A stretch of DNA of 64,000 nt from the human T2T-CHM13v2.0 reference genome, Homo sapiens (GCF_009914755.1 NC_060939.1), one strand, 5' to 3'; positions 1-12,609 are shown, numbered from the stretch's first letter. Translations and numbers: made by a program. Notes: generated from the sequence alone by a model not told the origin.

Positions 1-374
1 TCCCCCTAGAAGGCACAAACTTCTGGAAAGCCCCCAAGGTACAGTTTCCCAGCCTCCAAAAATCAAGTTTTGGTCTTGATTACACTGGCGTTTTACCTTT
101 TACCTTCCACTCATCCACTTTTCCTTCTCCATTTTATTTTGCCTTTTCACAGTGAGAAGTGAAGAGGAGTACACAGGGGAAGTGTGGGGGCAAGGCAGCT
201 TCCAGGCTCCCAGGAGAAAGTAACGATTGCTCCTACCTGTGAATAGAAGAATATGTGTCAACCCTTCCATCGATTTCTATATGCATGTTATCTTCTGTTC
301 CATGTGCCCATCTCCTGGGCGCTTAGTAACAGACTCATAGAAGTTTCAAGCTGAAAGAAAGAGTTCTTCTAGCT

Positions 375-470
375 CAGTGGATTTTCAAATGTGCTTTAGT
401 GGCAAAAATCTCCCTTCAGACAAAACTTTACACAGACGCCCAACATATAAAGCAGAATAAAACAATGCTT
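375..470. mobile_element. Old hAT-Charlie-type MITE fragment (MER103/MER5-like)
   Basis: Starts with CAGTGGATTTTCAAA and continues ...CCCAACATATAAAGCAGAATAAAA. A similar copy lies at about 37297-37500. Subfamily uncertain. Confidence 0.4.
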
Positions 471-836
471 GTCTGTGTAATAAACGCCGTGTACTCTGTT
501 AGGTGTTTTGCATGCATGATCTCATTTGTTCCTCTCTACAGTAGTAAGAGGTTGAAACAAGGAAGGTGGGTGAAGCCCTCCCCCTACTCACTCTCCCCAG
601 GACAGTCTGTTGGGCTCTGTTTAAATCATTGATCTGGCCCAGCCCTCATATCACACATGAGGACTCTAAGGCTAAGAGAGGTAAATCCACTTTTAGAAAG
701 TAAGTTTTTGACAAGCCTAAAACTAAGGCTCAGGCCTTTCAGCTACCCATTCTACCTTCTTTTGGTTGCCCTACAATGCTTTTAATAGAGGTTGTTCAAG
801 TCCTCAGTTAGAAGCTCTCACGAATAAACAGTTCCT

Positions 837-922
837 TAGCTATGAAACTGGAAGCTCTTGACAAGATCACCCAAAATCGTAGCTATGAAACTGGAAAATT
901 CTTGACAAGATCACCCAAAATC
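837..922. repeat. Tandem duplication, about 43-bp unit x2
   Basis: TAGCTATGAAACTGGAA..TCTTGACAAGATCACCCAAAATC at 837-878 and 880-922. Confidence 0.95.
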
Positions 923-1053
923 AACTAGCTACATAGTGCTGACTTTCTTTTCTTTCTTTACCGCATAAGATAGGTTGCCATAGAGTCTTTAAGCTTTAGG
1001 ATTAGAGGAAAATTTGTAGGTGACTGTTCCTGTAACTTGGGATAAATGTCAAA

Positions 1054-1361
<308 letters not shown>

Positions 1362-1509
1362 AATGTCAAAATTTTTGACTGAAAAATTTGCCTTGAGCTA
1401 CAGACAAACTTTCGGAACCCTGTAAGTCTCATCACACACTTTCACCTATTTATAAAATGTTAATACTTTCCTTATATACACTAAATCGTATACTCTATGG
1501 AAAACTTTC

Positions 1510-1700
1510 CATTTGCATTTACTATGTTAAGTGTCTGGCATGCACTATCTAATTTGTTCTTTACTACAACAATATGAGAAGGTAGAATTACTTCCACCAT
1601 CTTACTGATGAAATAACAGAGGTTCAAAGAGACGTTCATGGTCAAAGACATGTGGCCAGTAAGTGAGATGGATGTAGATTGTCTGGCTGTTGCTAATTTT
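1510..1700 (-). mobile_element. MIR SINE
   Basis: Reverse-complement MIR core: CCATCTTACTGATGAAATAACAGAGGTTC...GGTCAAAGACATGTGGCCAGTAAGTG. Confidence 0.75.
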
Positions 1701-2239
1701 GATATGCTGAAAACTGGGATACTCAGCTTCTGAAATGTTATCTGTATGATCCTCATTTAAAGCAGTGGCATAGAATGCCAAAGGGGAGCTTTCCTATTCC
1801 CTCCATCTTTGCCCATGCCATCAGTTCTGCAGAATCAACCCACTGGTACCTTGGATAGATAGTCTACATTGCTTCAACAAGGAGCAACAACTTCTGCCGT
1901 CTCACTTTTCTATGACCTAGACTAGCAGCTTCGAGTTGGATGAGGAATAGTGAGACTACTCTGTCCTCAGACTGAATGTCAAGCTGAGCCTCTTTGTCAT
2001 GAAGGGTATCATTTCTATGGCCAGGACTGGCTCATTAACAGGTTTAGAAAAAGAAACACCATAGGCATTGGTAGGGAACTATATATAGCCAAAGAATTGG
2101 AGAAAGCCACTGGTTATAACAAAGCTTATAGGCAGGTGTTCAACTAATGCATGGCAACAGGTAAGGAAGAGACTCAGTAACTTTAAGAACTCTTTTAGAG
2201 CACATTTTTATATATGATTCAAAGTTGTCCCCCCTCTTG

Positions 2240-3330
2240 ATCCCACATCCCTTTGTAGTTTTAACAGTTTTTCTGCTCCCCCTGACTACAAAATACCCAG
2301 AAAGAGTAGTCTATGCTCACCGACTACAATTCTTTTCCTCCTCATCTCTCAAGAGAGTTCAAAAACACACTTTAATCAGATTTCCATTATCTACTTCTGC
2401 TCTTGTCAAGGTCATCAATGACTTTTACACTGCTAACGCAAACATCAGTTCTCAGTCCTCAACTCTAGCAGATCTCACAGATTGGTCATTCCCACTTTGA
2501 GACTCTCTCTTTACTTGGCTTTCAAAACCTCATTCCCTCCTGGTTTTCTTCCTACCTCCTTGGCCACTCTTACATGATGCTCCTTTACTCATTCTAACCA
2601 ATGTCTTCAGCCTCTAAACCTTAACATGTACTAGGAATCAAATCTGAAAACTTTTCTCTACCGACACTAACTCTAGGTAGTCTCAAGAAATTCACCAATA
2701 TACTGATATCTCCAAAATGTATATCTCTAGTTTGGAATTGGTATTTATTTTTCATTTCCACCAGAATATGTAATAGAAATTTCAAACTTAACAGAAACCA
2801 AACTCCTGGTGCCCACTCTATCCAAACTGTAACCTTCCCCATCTTAAAAAATGGCAACTCTGTTCTACAAGTTGCTCGGGAAAGAAAAAGGAAGAAACAA
2901 CCTGACACCATCTTTAATTCCTCTCATTCTATCATAGACCACAGTCAGCACACTGAGAAAGTCTAAAGGTTCTGTCTTGAAGATAAAGTTGGAATCTGAC
3001 TAGAGTTGCCCCTTGGTATGTGTGGACAATTGATTCCAGGACCCCTGCAGATACCAAAATCCATGCATACCCAAGTCCTGCAATTGGCCCTGCCGATCCC
3101 TGTATTGGATAATTTAGCTTTCTGTATGTGTGGGTTTTGCATCTCATGAAAACTGCCTTTTGTTGAAAAAAAAAAATCCATATATAAGCAGACCAAGTGC
3201 CCACCTCTCCTGCAGTCATTTCTCAAAGGACTTGATAATTTTTCTTTACTCCACAAACATTCGTGAAATACTTGCTCCTTCTCAGGCATCACAAGTACAG
3301 AGATGACGGGATGTTTTCTCTTCCTTCAGT
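2240..3330 (+). mobile_element. L2 LINE fragment, interrupted by MER8
   Basis: L2 motifs CTGCTCTTGTCAAGGTCATCAATGAC, CTCCTGGTTTTCTTCCTACCTC and AATGGCAACTCTGTTCTACAAGTTGCTC. Confidence 0.8.
3003..3200 (+). mobile_element. MER8 (TcMar-Tigger MITE), right end missing
   Basis: TA then GAGTTGCCCCTTGGTAT...TTCCAGGACCCCTGCAGATACCAAAATCC...GTTGAAAAAAAAAATCCATATATAAG. Confidence 0.8.
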
Positions 3331-3433
3331 GCAGGGAGATTGAAGAGACAAGAGAATGGAGAAAAACACTTGGGTTGAAAATCAAACTTTGATATAGAAT
3401 GTTTAATGTGATTAAAAAGTTTGCAAACAGTAG

Positions 3434-3776
<343 letters not shown>

Positions 3777-4647
3777 TAAGCTACCTTTCCTCATTTCAAA
3801 AACAGTGAAGTTAGCTTTGTTTGCCTTTTCTCTGTCATGACTTCTGGAGAAAAGAGAAACTGACAACATGTGCATCTTCAAGCAGAAGAGATTTTTGGTT
3901 CAAGGGTGGTATGGACCAAATGTAATAAAACTTCCCTGGCTTGGCCCAAAGATAGACCCAGGAAAATCTATGAGGAAGTATAATGACATCACCAGCACAT
4001 AAAATAACTCCATGCTTCTGTGACATTCCTCATATTTGTGATCCTAATCTCTCACCAGTTAAGAATGACACGGTTTACCAATAATGCCTTCCACTTCCTC
4101 TTATCCAGAACAGGAAATGTCCATTTTTTCACACCAATTATACCCTGAGCTCAAGAACAGCCATAATTGCACAGGTGTTTTTACCTCTTCCTAGGACTGA
4201 AAAGGTTGAATATATAACAAAGTTTTGTATTTCTATCTCTCAGGGTCCTATGGTAACTAGTAGACCAAATCACCCATGAAAGGGAAATGTATACAGTCTG
4301 AAATTTGCCCCCTTCCATACACGAATGAAAACACGTGACAGCTCATCAACACTGGGCACAACCTCTTATGGCTGTGCGTTACCCATGCACACTCCTCGGC
4401 AGCAGGGATGCTGTGGATTGGTAACACACGTGCTGTGCAAAGGGATCTGCCTGTGGTCTGGAGACAGCAATGAAGAGAGCTCTGGAGTCTCAGAGGAAAA
4501 TTTACAGCATACAAACCAGTGCCCAGATGAGCTCTTACCACATGTGCAAATGCACAATGAAGGGACACTGGAGTCACATTTTGGTGGCACACACCGCCCT
4601 AATCTCTCTACTGTTTACACTGAAGTTTTTTATGCAGGTTTGCATCC

Positions 4648-4727
4648 TTGATTGATTGATTGATTGATTGATTTCTGGAGATGCTTATGATCTTTAATCC
4701 ATGGAGAGAGAGAGAGAGAGAGAGAGA
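4648..4727. repeat. (TGAT)n and (GA)n microsatellites
   Basis: About 6 TGAT units at 4648-4672 and (GA)n at about 4704-4727. Confidence 0.95.
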
Positions 4728-4779
4728 AACAGGAGAGAAAGAGTGAAACAGAGGGGCTGTCCAGAGACACAGGAGGGGA

Positions 4780-5340
4780 ATTTTTATTGCTTAAAATAGG
4801 AAGGTGGTGATTATTTTTATCTTAACTTCACATGGTGCTTGCTTCACCTGGGGCCGTCTTCCCTGAGTGTTTGAGAGAGAGGGTTGGAGGGATTCCGTCC
4901 TCCTGGCACTGCTGCCCCACCAGCCGGAGCTTCCTGCTTGCTTTTAACCTGAATGGGTTAACTTCATAAAACGGCAGCTCTTTATTCCAGCCTGAGATTT
5001 CCTATCGTACTTTAGGACCAGCGAACCATCTCTTCTTTGATGGCACCTTTTGGCTCCACAATAGAAGCCAATTTGTTAGACTTCTTTACAGGTCAGGGGC
5101 TGCGTGAAGATGTGGAGGGCGCAGCAGTGGGCACTGGAAAATGAAGTTGTATTCGCTTGGCAAATTATACGTCTGCTGCACTTTATGGGTCCTGATTTCC
5201 TTCCCTCTCCTTTCCCCTTACTCTCTCTGCCCCCTCCCCATTCCCTTGGCTTTCCTTTAAACTGAGGAAGCGTGTATGTGAGATATCGTCACATATCCAG
5301 TTAATGTAGGTTAATAGATTGATTCCAGTGACACGGATCA
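4780..5340. promoter_or_regulatory. Candidate enhancer (CpG-retaining unique sequence)
   Basis: About 12 CpGs in 4890-5340. TCF/LEF CTTTGAT at 5035, HOX/CDX-like TTTATGG at 5182, AGGTCA at 5090, MEF2-like CTTAAAATAG near 4790. Confidence 0.35.
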
Positions 5341-6590
5341 TAATGAACAGTAAATTGTTTTATCTCTTAAGTCTTATTTGGTCAGCCAGGAAAACATATG
5401 AGGTAATATGGCTTGGACTAAATGGACCGTATAATAGATCTCCTTCTAAAGAATCAGGACAGGGTGACAGCACCTCTTATGATTAATGAAAATAATAATG
5501 GTCCTGAAATTGAAATTTTTCTAATTTTTTTTCCCTTCTCCTCTCTTGACTGCCACCAAAAACTTCAGCCAGGAGATGATTTGTGTACAATAACTGGCTC
5601 TGACTTCTTCTTCAGCTAAGAATACACATTTAGGGAAAGGGGAAAGGGACGGAGGGAAGCAAAGGAATGAATTGGTTTATAGAATTCAAAACGTGCCACT
5701 CAGAGGGCTAGAAGAGCCTTGGTGCCAATTTCTTTTCCATAGAGTTTTACTGGAAAGCCTTCACATAGAGCATGAGAATTTGGGTAAATATCTTTGGCAT
5801 CAGATATGTTAGAGTAGAGTCAGATTATTCACCTGGATTAAAATCTATTCTGTCTTTAGACGTTTTCTGAAACTACATCTTTACCTCCATTTCTCTTTGG
5901 GCAAAAGAGTTTTGTTGTCTTCCATATCTCTATATCAAGGCCTCTGTCTTCTCACTTTCTCGGAGAAAACAAGTGCATTTCTCAATTTCTCATGGAGTGG
6001 TACTTTGAAACTCTTTGGGAAGAAAAGGGAAGGAGGGATATTTTGATTGTTTATCAACAGATACAAAGGCATTACCCCTTTTGAAGGAAAAAATGACACG
6101 TTATCCTGATATGTTGTGTACCAAGAGACTTGCTCCAGTTGCAGATCATGAGGATCATAATGAAATTTGAGAATGTTCCTGTTCCTTGGTAAGAGAAAAA
6201 ATAAGGAGATCCAGTGAAAAGAGTAGGACCTTCAGCTTCCACTTGAATAAGGACCATTACCTTCGAGTCATTTCTTCCACACTGCAGGTCACATATCATT
6301 TGGACAGCAGCCTGAGAAATGTGTTCAGGCTGTTTGAGGTGGAAGTGGCATACAAAACTGAGGCTACCCATCTTTCTCTCAGACTCTGTTCAAATTCTGT
6401 TCAAATTGATTTCCTAAGAATTTGTCTTGCACAATCTTAAGTACTTGCTTGTAGAAATTCTTCATGGCAATACAATCTATTCTATTGGGTTTTGCCAAAG
6501 CAGAATAGACAATTGTGGAATCAGGCAATACCAACAGGTAAAATCTTTCATTGCAAACCTTTGAGGAAATGTTGCTTTGACAAAACACTT

Positions 6591-6632
6591 GCTTACCTGT
6601 AGAGAATACAAATAAGACAGTGATGTAAATCC
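6591..6632 (-). other. Candidate recursive splice site (3'ss immediately followed by 5'ss)
   Basis: Minus strand reads GATTTACATCACTGTCTTATTTGTATTCTCTACAG|GTAAGC, junction at 6597/6596. Confidence 0.4.
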
Positions 6633-6769
6633 TATATAGACAATTATTTAGTGTCTCTTTGAAATCAAGCCTACTTCAAATAACTCCTGAAATTGCTTCA
6701 TTGAAATTTTTACTTTTCTACCAGTTATCATTGCAAGATGTAAAACTAACGTCTCCATTCATTTATAAA

Positions 6770-7110
6770 TAAAAAAGAACAAAAAATTTAAATATATCAA
6801 AAAAAGATGTTTTTAGCATATTTATAGTTCAAAAAAGCAGATTGCAAAATAACATATGACATGATTCTCTTTGTGGTTACAAGCTTATGGTTATACATCT
6901 TTATATATCTATATATAATTCATATCTGTATACTTATATTTAAATGAGATATACATGCTTCTCTTTGTCACATCATGAAAAAATGAATGATCAAACATTT
7001 AACTTTTGTCACTTTCTAAGAGATGAAATGTTGGAGGTGGAATGAGAAATTATAAATTTTCTCTGTAATTTTTGGCATATCACTATAAACAATTATTACT
7101 TTTGAAATAA
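6770..7110 (+). mobile_element. Old L1 (L1M/L1ME) 3' UTR fragment
   Basis: AAAAAAGCAGATTGCAAAATAACATATGACATGATTCTC followed by an L1ME-like 3' terminus. Confidence 0.55.
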
Positions 7111-7125
7111 AGTAGAAAATCATCA

Positions 7126-7244
7126 GGCTAGGCTTGATGGCTCATGCCTCTAATCCCAGTGCTTTAGGAGGCCAAGGCGGGAGGATCATTTGAGCCCAGG
7201 AGTCTGAGACCAGTCTGCATCACATAGGAGGGCTCCGTCTCTAC

Positions 7245-7289
<45 letters not shown>

Positions 7290-7475
7290 TATATACACAC
7301 ATGTATATGTACACATATACACACATGTATATGTACACATATACACACATGTATATGTACACATATACACACATGTATATGTACACATATACACACATGT
7401 ATATGTACACATATACACACATGTATATGTACACATATACACATATACACATATGTATATATCTGTGTATATATG

Positions 7476-7512
<37 letters not shown>

Positions 7513-7688
7513 ATATGTATATGCCAGGCATGGTGGTATACATGACTATAATCCTAACTACTCAGGAGGCTAAGGCAGCAAGATCACTTGAGCCTAGGAT
7601 TTCCAGGCTGCGGTGAGCTACGATTGCCCCACTATACTCCAGACACAGCGACACCCTTTCAGAAACAAAAGAAGGAAAGAAAGAAAGA
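7126..7688 (+). mobile_element. AluJ with expanded middle A-rich region
   Basis: Left arm 7126-7243 (GGAGGATCATTTGAGCCCAGG), right arm from about 7523 to 7660 (GATCACTTGAGCCTAGG...GTGAGCTACGATTG), GAAA-rich tail. Confidence 0.93.
7260..7522. repeat. (AT)/(AC)/(GT) tract containing a 24-bp minisatellite x6
   Basis: ATATACACACATGTATATGTACAC starts at 7291, 7315, 7339, 7363, 7387 and 7411, then (GT)n. Confidence 0.97.
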
Positions 7689-9049
7689 ATTGATTTAGAA
7701 AAGTGGGCAATATTTTTTTAAGAAAAGAGCCTCTTGAACTGTGTTTGAAAAGTGCTTAATTTTTTGAACGCATTTGGTGAATTTTCCTTTCCGGTGTATT
7801 TCTTGATATTCAATAAGAGCACACGGTTACGAAATAAATTTGATCTGCCTTTAACAAATGCGCTGACCTGTTATGCATTCCAGTGTGCTGTTTTTATATC
7901 TATTATTGCAGTTTATCTGTTTCATCTGTCTCTATAAATATATTTGGGATATTTATTCCTAATCCTTTTTTAACAAAAAAGTATTTTTTAAAATTTTATT
8001 ATTTTGTAGACAAAATCTCTACTACTTGAAGTTGGAAAAACCTAAATTGCCTGGGAATACAAAGTATACTTAATAGGAAGTGACTCTTGGACCTAAAATA
8101 AATGCTATGAATATTTTGTAGATGGTTTGGAGCTGGAACTAATTCATATTGGTCTGAAGTGCTCACTGTTCAGCCTTCATGAAGCCACAATGAGAGCTAC
8201 CCTATTTGAGAAACCAAGTTGAAGGCTTGAAACTAAAAGGAAGTTCTTAAGTTAAAGGTTGAAATCTTCAAACTAAAATTAAGTGTCATATATATTCTTA
8301 ATTTCAAGTAGAGATGATAGACTTGTTTATGATCCATGATGCTTGATTACATTAAACAGCTTGGAAACTATCTCATCCCAGAAGTCATTGTACAACATGG
8401 TAGAAAATGTCATTAAGTGCCATAACATCCAAGTAGTTTGTTGGAGGGGCAGAATCTATTCATTTTAGTTCATGCTTCTAGACGTCATCAATATAGCTTC
8501 CAAATGATCCCAAATATTGTTTATTCAACTGAAATGTTTCTTTCCTTCATTTTTTGTTGTGAAATCAAAACATCCATACTGGTTTTTAATTAAGCTCCTA
8601 CCTGTTAATGTGTACAAATCTTTCTCACTTGGGCTTTCAATCATTTATATGGTGCATACTGAAAAATCTCGAGGATTGATTATTGAGAAAGTGATAAAGA
8701 GGAATTGATAGATACCTTGGATGTCTATTTGAAATTGATATCTTAAATTTGAAAAACCTCAAGGGATTAAACTTTTGCTGCATCCTTGACATCAAATTTT
8801 AAAATATTTAATGACCATTGTCTTTTGTTTTGGCATTCCCTGCGGAGTAGTCCAATATTTATTTTTAACCATCCAAGGTGCATAGGTAGAAAAAACAGGA
8901 ATGAGATTTTATTTATAATGGCATACATTTGTAAACATCCAGAGGATTTGATTCACTAAATTTGTGTGTGTGTAACAAAGTACAGTTAATCAAGTCCTCT
9001 GGACATGTGCCTGTGCGTGTGTGTGTGTGTGTATGCTACTTAAGAGAAA

Positions 9050-9270
9050 GAGGATAAAATCAATCAATAAAATTATATATATACTAATTATGATTTTGTT
9101 AAAAACCAAACACACACATAGAATAGGAATTAGGAAAGACAGTAATCATCCCCAACTGTTAGGATTAAGGATTAGATTTAGGGGTAACAATTTTTTTCTT
9201 TTTAAATACATGTTTGCATCCTACAAATTTTAAACATGCTCATATTACTTGCATGACTATGAAAACAATA
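9050..9270 (+). mobile_element. Old L1 (L1ME-like) 3' end
   Basis: A-rich L1M-type terminus ending CATGCTCATATTACTTGCATGACTATGAAAACAATAA. Confidence 0.45.
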
Positions 9271-9540
9271 ATAGCTAATTGTCCCTATGTGTCAGGGACT
9301 GGTATCAATACCTTACATAAACTAACACTTAATTTTCATAACCACTCTTTGAGATAGTATTATTTTTACCTAGATGTAGAAATTAGGAAGTCTAGTGTCA
9401 CAGAGGTTGAGTAACTTGCTCAAGGTCAGATAGCGATAGCTGGCACATGCTGGAGCCAGGTACATACTGGTATGTGATGGAGCCAGGATTTGAACCAGCT
9501 TGCCTGGGTACAAAGCATGAGCTTTCAGTACACTTTCTAA
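9271..9540 (-). mobile_element. MIR SINE with a small internal duplication
   Basis: CACAGAGGTTGAGTAACTTGCTCAAGGTCA...TGGAGCCAGG (twice)...GGATTTGAACC. Confidence 0.85.
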
Positions 9541-11439
9541 ATAAAAGAGGTTGTCCGAACGCATTTTTGTGATTATATAGTCATTTAAATGATATTACCA
9601 AGGAAGATAACATTAGCTCCGGCAAACCGAAGTGTAAGATAACTACATCTGAATAAAAACAAACACATTAACATATTTCTGATGTCAAGGTTCAGAGTTG
9701 TTTAATTTTATATAATTTAATTTTCTTTATCCTAATTGTAGACTTTGCTGACATGTTTATGATGGGCAATTTTGACCTTCTGGTTTCACGCTCAAAGAGG
9801 GCATGCTATTAAAGACTGGGCTCTTGTAGCTGTGTCTATATGGCATCAAATAAAGTAGTGGTCTTCTGGTTAAAAGATCAATGTGGATAGACTAAATATT
9901 CCAAATGCCCAAAGGAAACAATTTCTTACTGCATCCACCGAATTAACTATATAGTTGTTGAATCTTCAGTTCAAAATGTGCATGGTCATTAAAGAAAACA
10001 AATACCTGCTTTACATATGTTTGCTCTTATGAAAAGAGCTTAGTTCAAAGAACAAAAGCTCTAGCCATATAAGACAGTAACTGCATGAGCCTATTGGCAC
10101 CTAGTTTTCTCTTGGCAGATTCCCTTCGAACTCTAAAATTCTAAATTTAAATAAGCCCCCCTTCTAAAATATTTATGTATATATAAAAATATATATGTTC
10201 CACTATCTGGAATTTTATACACACACAAACGCACACACACACTCCACTATTTGGAATTCTAAGCAAATAGAATAAGCAGTAGCTGCAAACCATGCTCTCA
10301 CCTCCTACCTAACCCAAGGTTATGCTCTTGCCTGCTCCTCTGCCCTACCCATGAGGTACCCAGTACCTCCCATGGTGCCTCCTTCTGAGCCCTAGGAGCT
10401 TTAGGGTAATTATCAGGGCACGTTCTTAGACCCAGTCTTCTTCTCTGACTACCTGCCCAGAGGATGCAGAAGACCAGGAAACTCAGCCTGTTCTTTTGTC
10501 TTTCTGTTGTCCCACACTGCTCAGTTCTTTCTACCCTTGGCTATTTTGTTCTGACCTCTGCTCTACCTGGTATTATTTCTTCTCTATTTTCTTCCAGATC
10601 TTGCCCATTTATACTTCTGTCCCCCTTTTCTTTCTGCTCTTGGAGAAAATGAATTTTATTTTTAGAAAAGCTAGTTACGTTTGATTATCATATGTAGTCC
10701 TTATCTGTATCTGGGAAAAGGCAAGCTATACATTTTTTAAGTTAAGCTAATCATAATGAAAAATAGCATCAACAACCATTGAAGCTCTTCTTGTAAGTGT
10801 ACTAAAAGAGCTCTGGAAAATTTCTATGAAACTTTTGTCCTCCTTCTTCTCTAATTCTACAAATTTTCTTTAAATACCAAAAGCACAAATAACTTCACAG
10901 ATATCTCTTATTACATATGTCTATCGATGTTGCAACAGAATTGCTCAGAATTTCAACCATTTGTAGGTTTTTTTTTTTAGCTAGCCTGGGAGCCTATGTG
11001 CATTTAAGCATTTTCTAAGGAATTCTCTGTTCTAGATTTCAAAGATGCTAATATATTCTTTTAGCATTCCCTAAATTTTCAACAATAAACTCACAGCTTT
11101 GCAGATTCTCATTCTGGTTCTTGGAGAGAATGTACGTCTTTACATATTTGCAGATTCATGTGTGAAACTTCAGATTAGCTTTCGGGAGCCTTGTGTTAAT
11201 TAAAAAAGGGAAATCAATGGGCCTGTGAATCCACCTTTTCCTGGGGTTAAAATCCAAGAAGAAATTAAGACCAAGCTAAACAGAAAAACTACATGGGTGG
11301 GAGAAATATTTACCATGTATACACAACTCTCTCTCAAGCACACATAAAATACATTATTTTTTTATTGAAGAAAAAAGATATTAAAAAATCCAGTGACTGA
11401 TTTTGCTTCTTGAACCAAATCAAATATTTTTTTGTCCGA

Positions 11440-12330
11440 GCTCTCATAACTGCAGTCTGCAGAGGTCACGGCCTCAACTTTCTCCTTCAGATGGTCTGCG
11501 AGTGGAATGTCCTTACCATTAAGGCTCCTTTTGTTTTCCTTGGGAGGGTTTTGCTTACACTGGCAAGCGGCTGAGACGAACCAAGGTTCTCTAGACTCTG
11601 TTTATTAGGTTTTTATCTTCTTATCAGAGTCTTCCTTCTTAAATCATGTCAGCATTTTACCACTCTTCAGGGATTCCTGGTGTTTTATTGTCTATGAACT
11701 GCTTGGGGGGTGGTCAGGGAGGGAGCTCGCCTAACAAATATAACATTTATAGAATAGTAGAACCAGAGAGGACGCCGCGCTCACTTATTATTCCCACACT
11801 CACCCGACGTTTCCTCTCCCCCTGCGGGTGAGGAGCCCCCGGGAAGCCCCTTGCCAGCTCAGCCCACGCTTATTTGTCAACGAAGTGACATGGCTTCTCT
11901 GTGGACAACCTGCTTTTCAGTTATTTTGAGTGGCTCTTTAAGCCCATATGTACTTGCTTAAGCCATTTTCAATCATCCAAAGAGACCATCGGGTGAGTGG
12001 GCGATTGCTTTGAACTTGAGAACATTATTGGGTTTCATTCGCAGATGTAATCTGGATGTAGGGGGTCCGTTTCTATACCTGCTTTTCCTACCACATCGGA
12101 TTCAGACTTTAAAATAGCCTCATGCCAAAGTGTCCAAACTTCGTAGTCTAAGCACAAGGTTCGGAGGGAAGGTGAGAAAAATTGCCTAGCTTTAGCTAAG
12201 GCAGGGTTTTTATGGGGCAGTGGAGGGAGGTGGCCAGAAACCAGGAAGACAAGAGGAATGCTCACTGCTGGGAAAGTGAGTCATCTCTTTTCCCTTTCAT
12301 TGCTACCCACATGACTCATCATAGTATTAT
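11440..12330. promoter_or_regulatory. Candidate enhancer or minor promoter
   Basis: About 9 CpGs in 11772-11882. AP-1 sites TGAGTCA at 12277 and TGACTCA at 12312. GTGAGT 5' splice motifs on both strands. Confidence 0.45.
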
Positions 12331-12609
12331 ATTTTTAACCATAGGCTGATTATGTCTAGTCACATGTGTTTAAAACAAGTTCTAAAAATAAGGTTAATTA
12401 GGAAAAAAACACCTTGTCAGAAAAAAAAAATCCACATCTTTTCATTGAGGTCATAAAGTGACTTTATTGTTATTAATACATATTGGTTTCAAAAGTGGTA
12501 AAAACCGTAAGACAATGGCAATAAAACAACTCCTAAAGAGGCATGAGGTTCTAAGGCAGTAGATTATGCTGATATGTGAATTCTTATAGATATAAATTAA
12601 TTCTATGTA

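Noticed and set aside
95-225. Plus-strand exon after a strong pyrimidine tract (cag at 150-152)
   Set aside because: No good donor follows (AAA|GTAACG is weak) and the peptide is not recognisable.
6379-6588. 69-aa ORF just downstream of the candidate recursive site
   Set aside because: Non-ATG start and no recognisable homology.
7291-7434. CRISPR-like array
   Set aside because: Head-to-tail 24-mers with no spacers, inside a primate Alu.
11760-11890. CpG island
   Set aside because: Only about 125 bp, too short for island criteria. Kept as an enhancer candidate.
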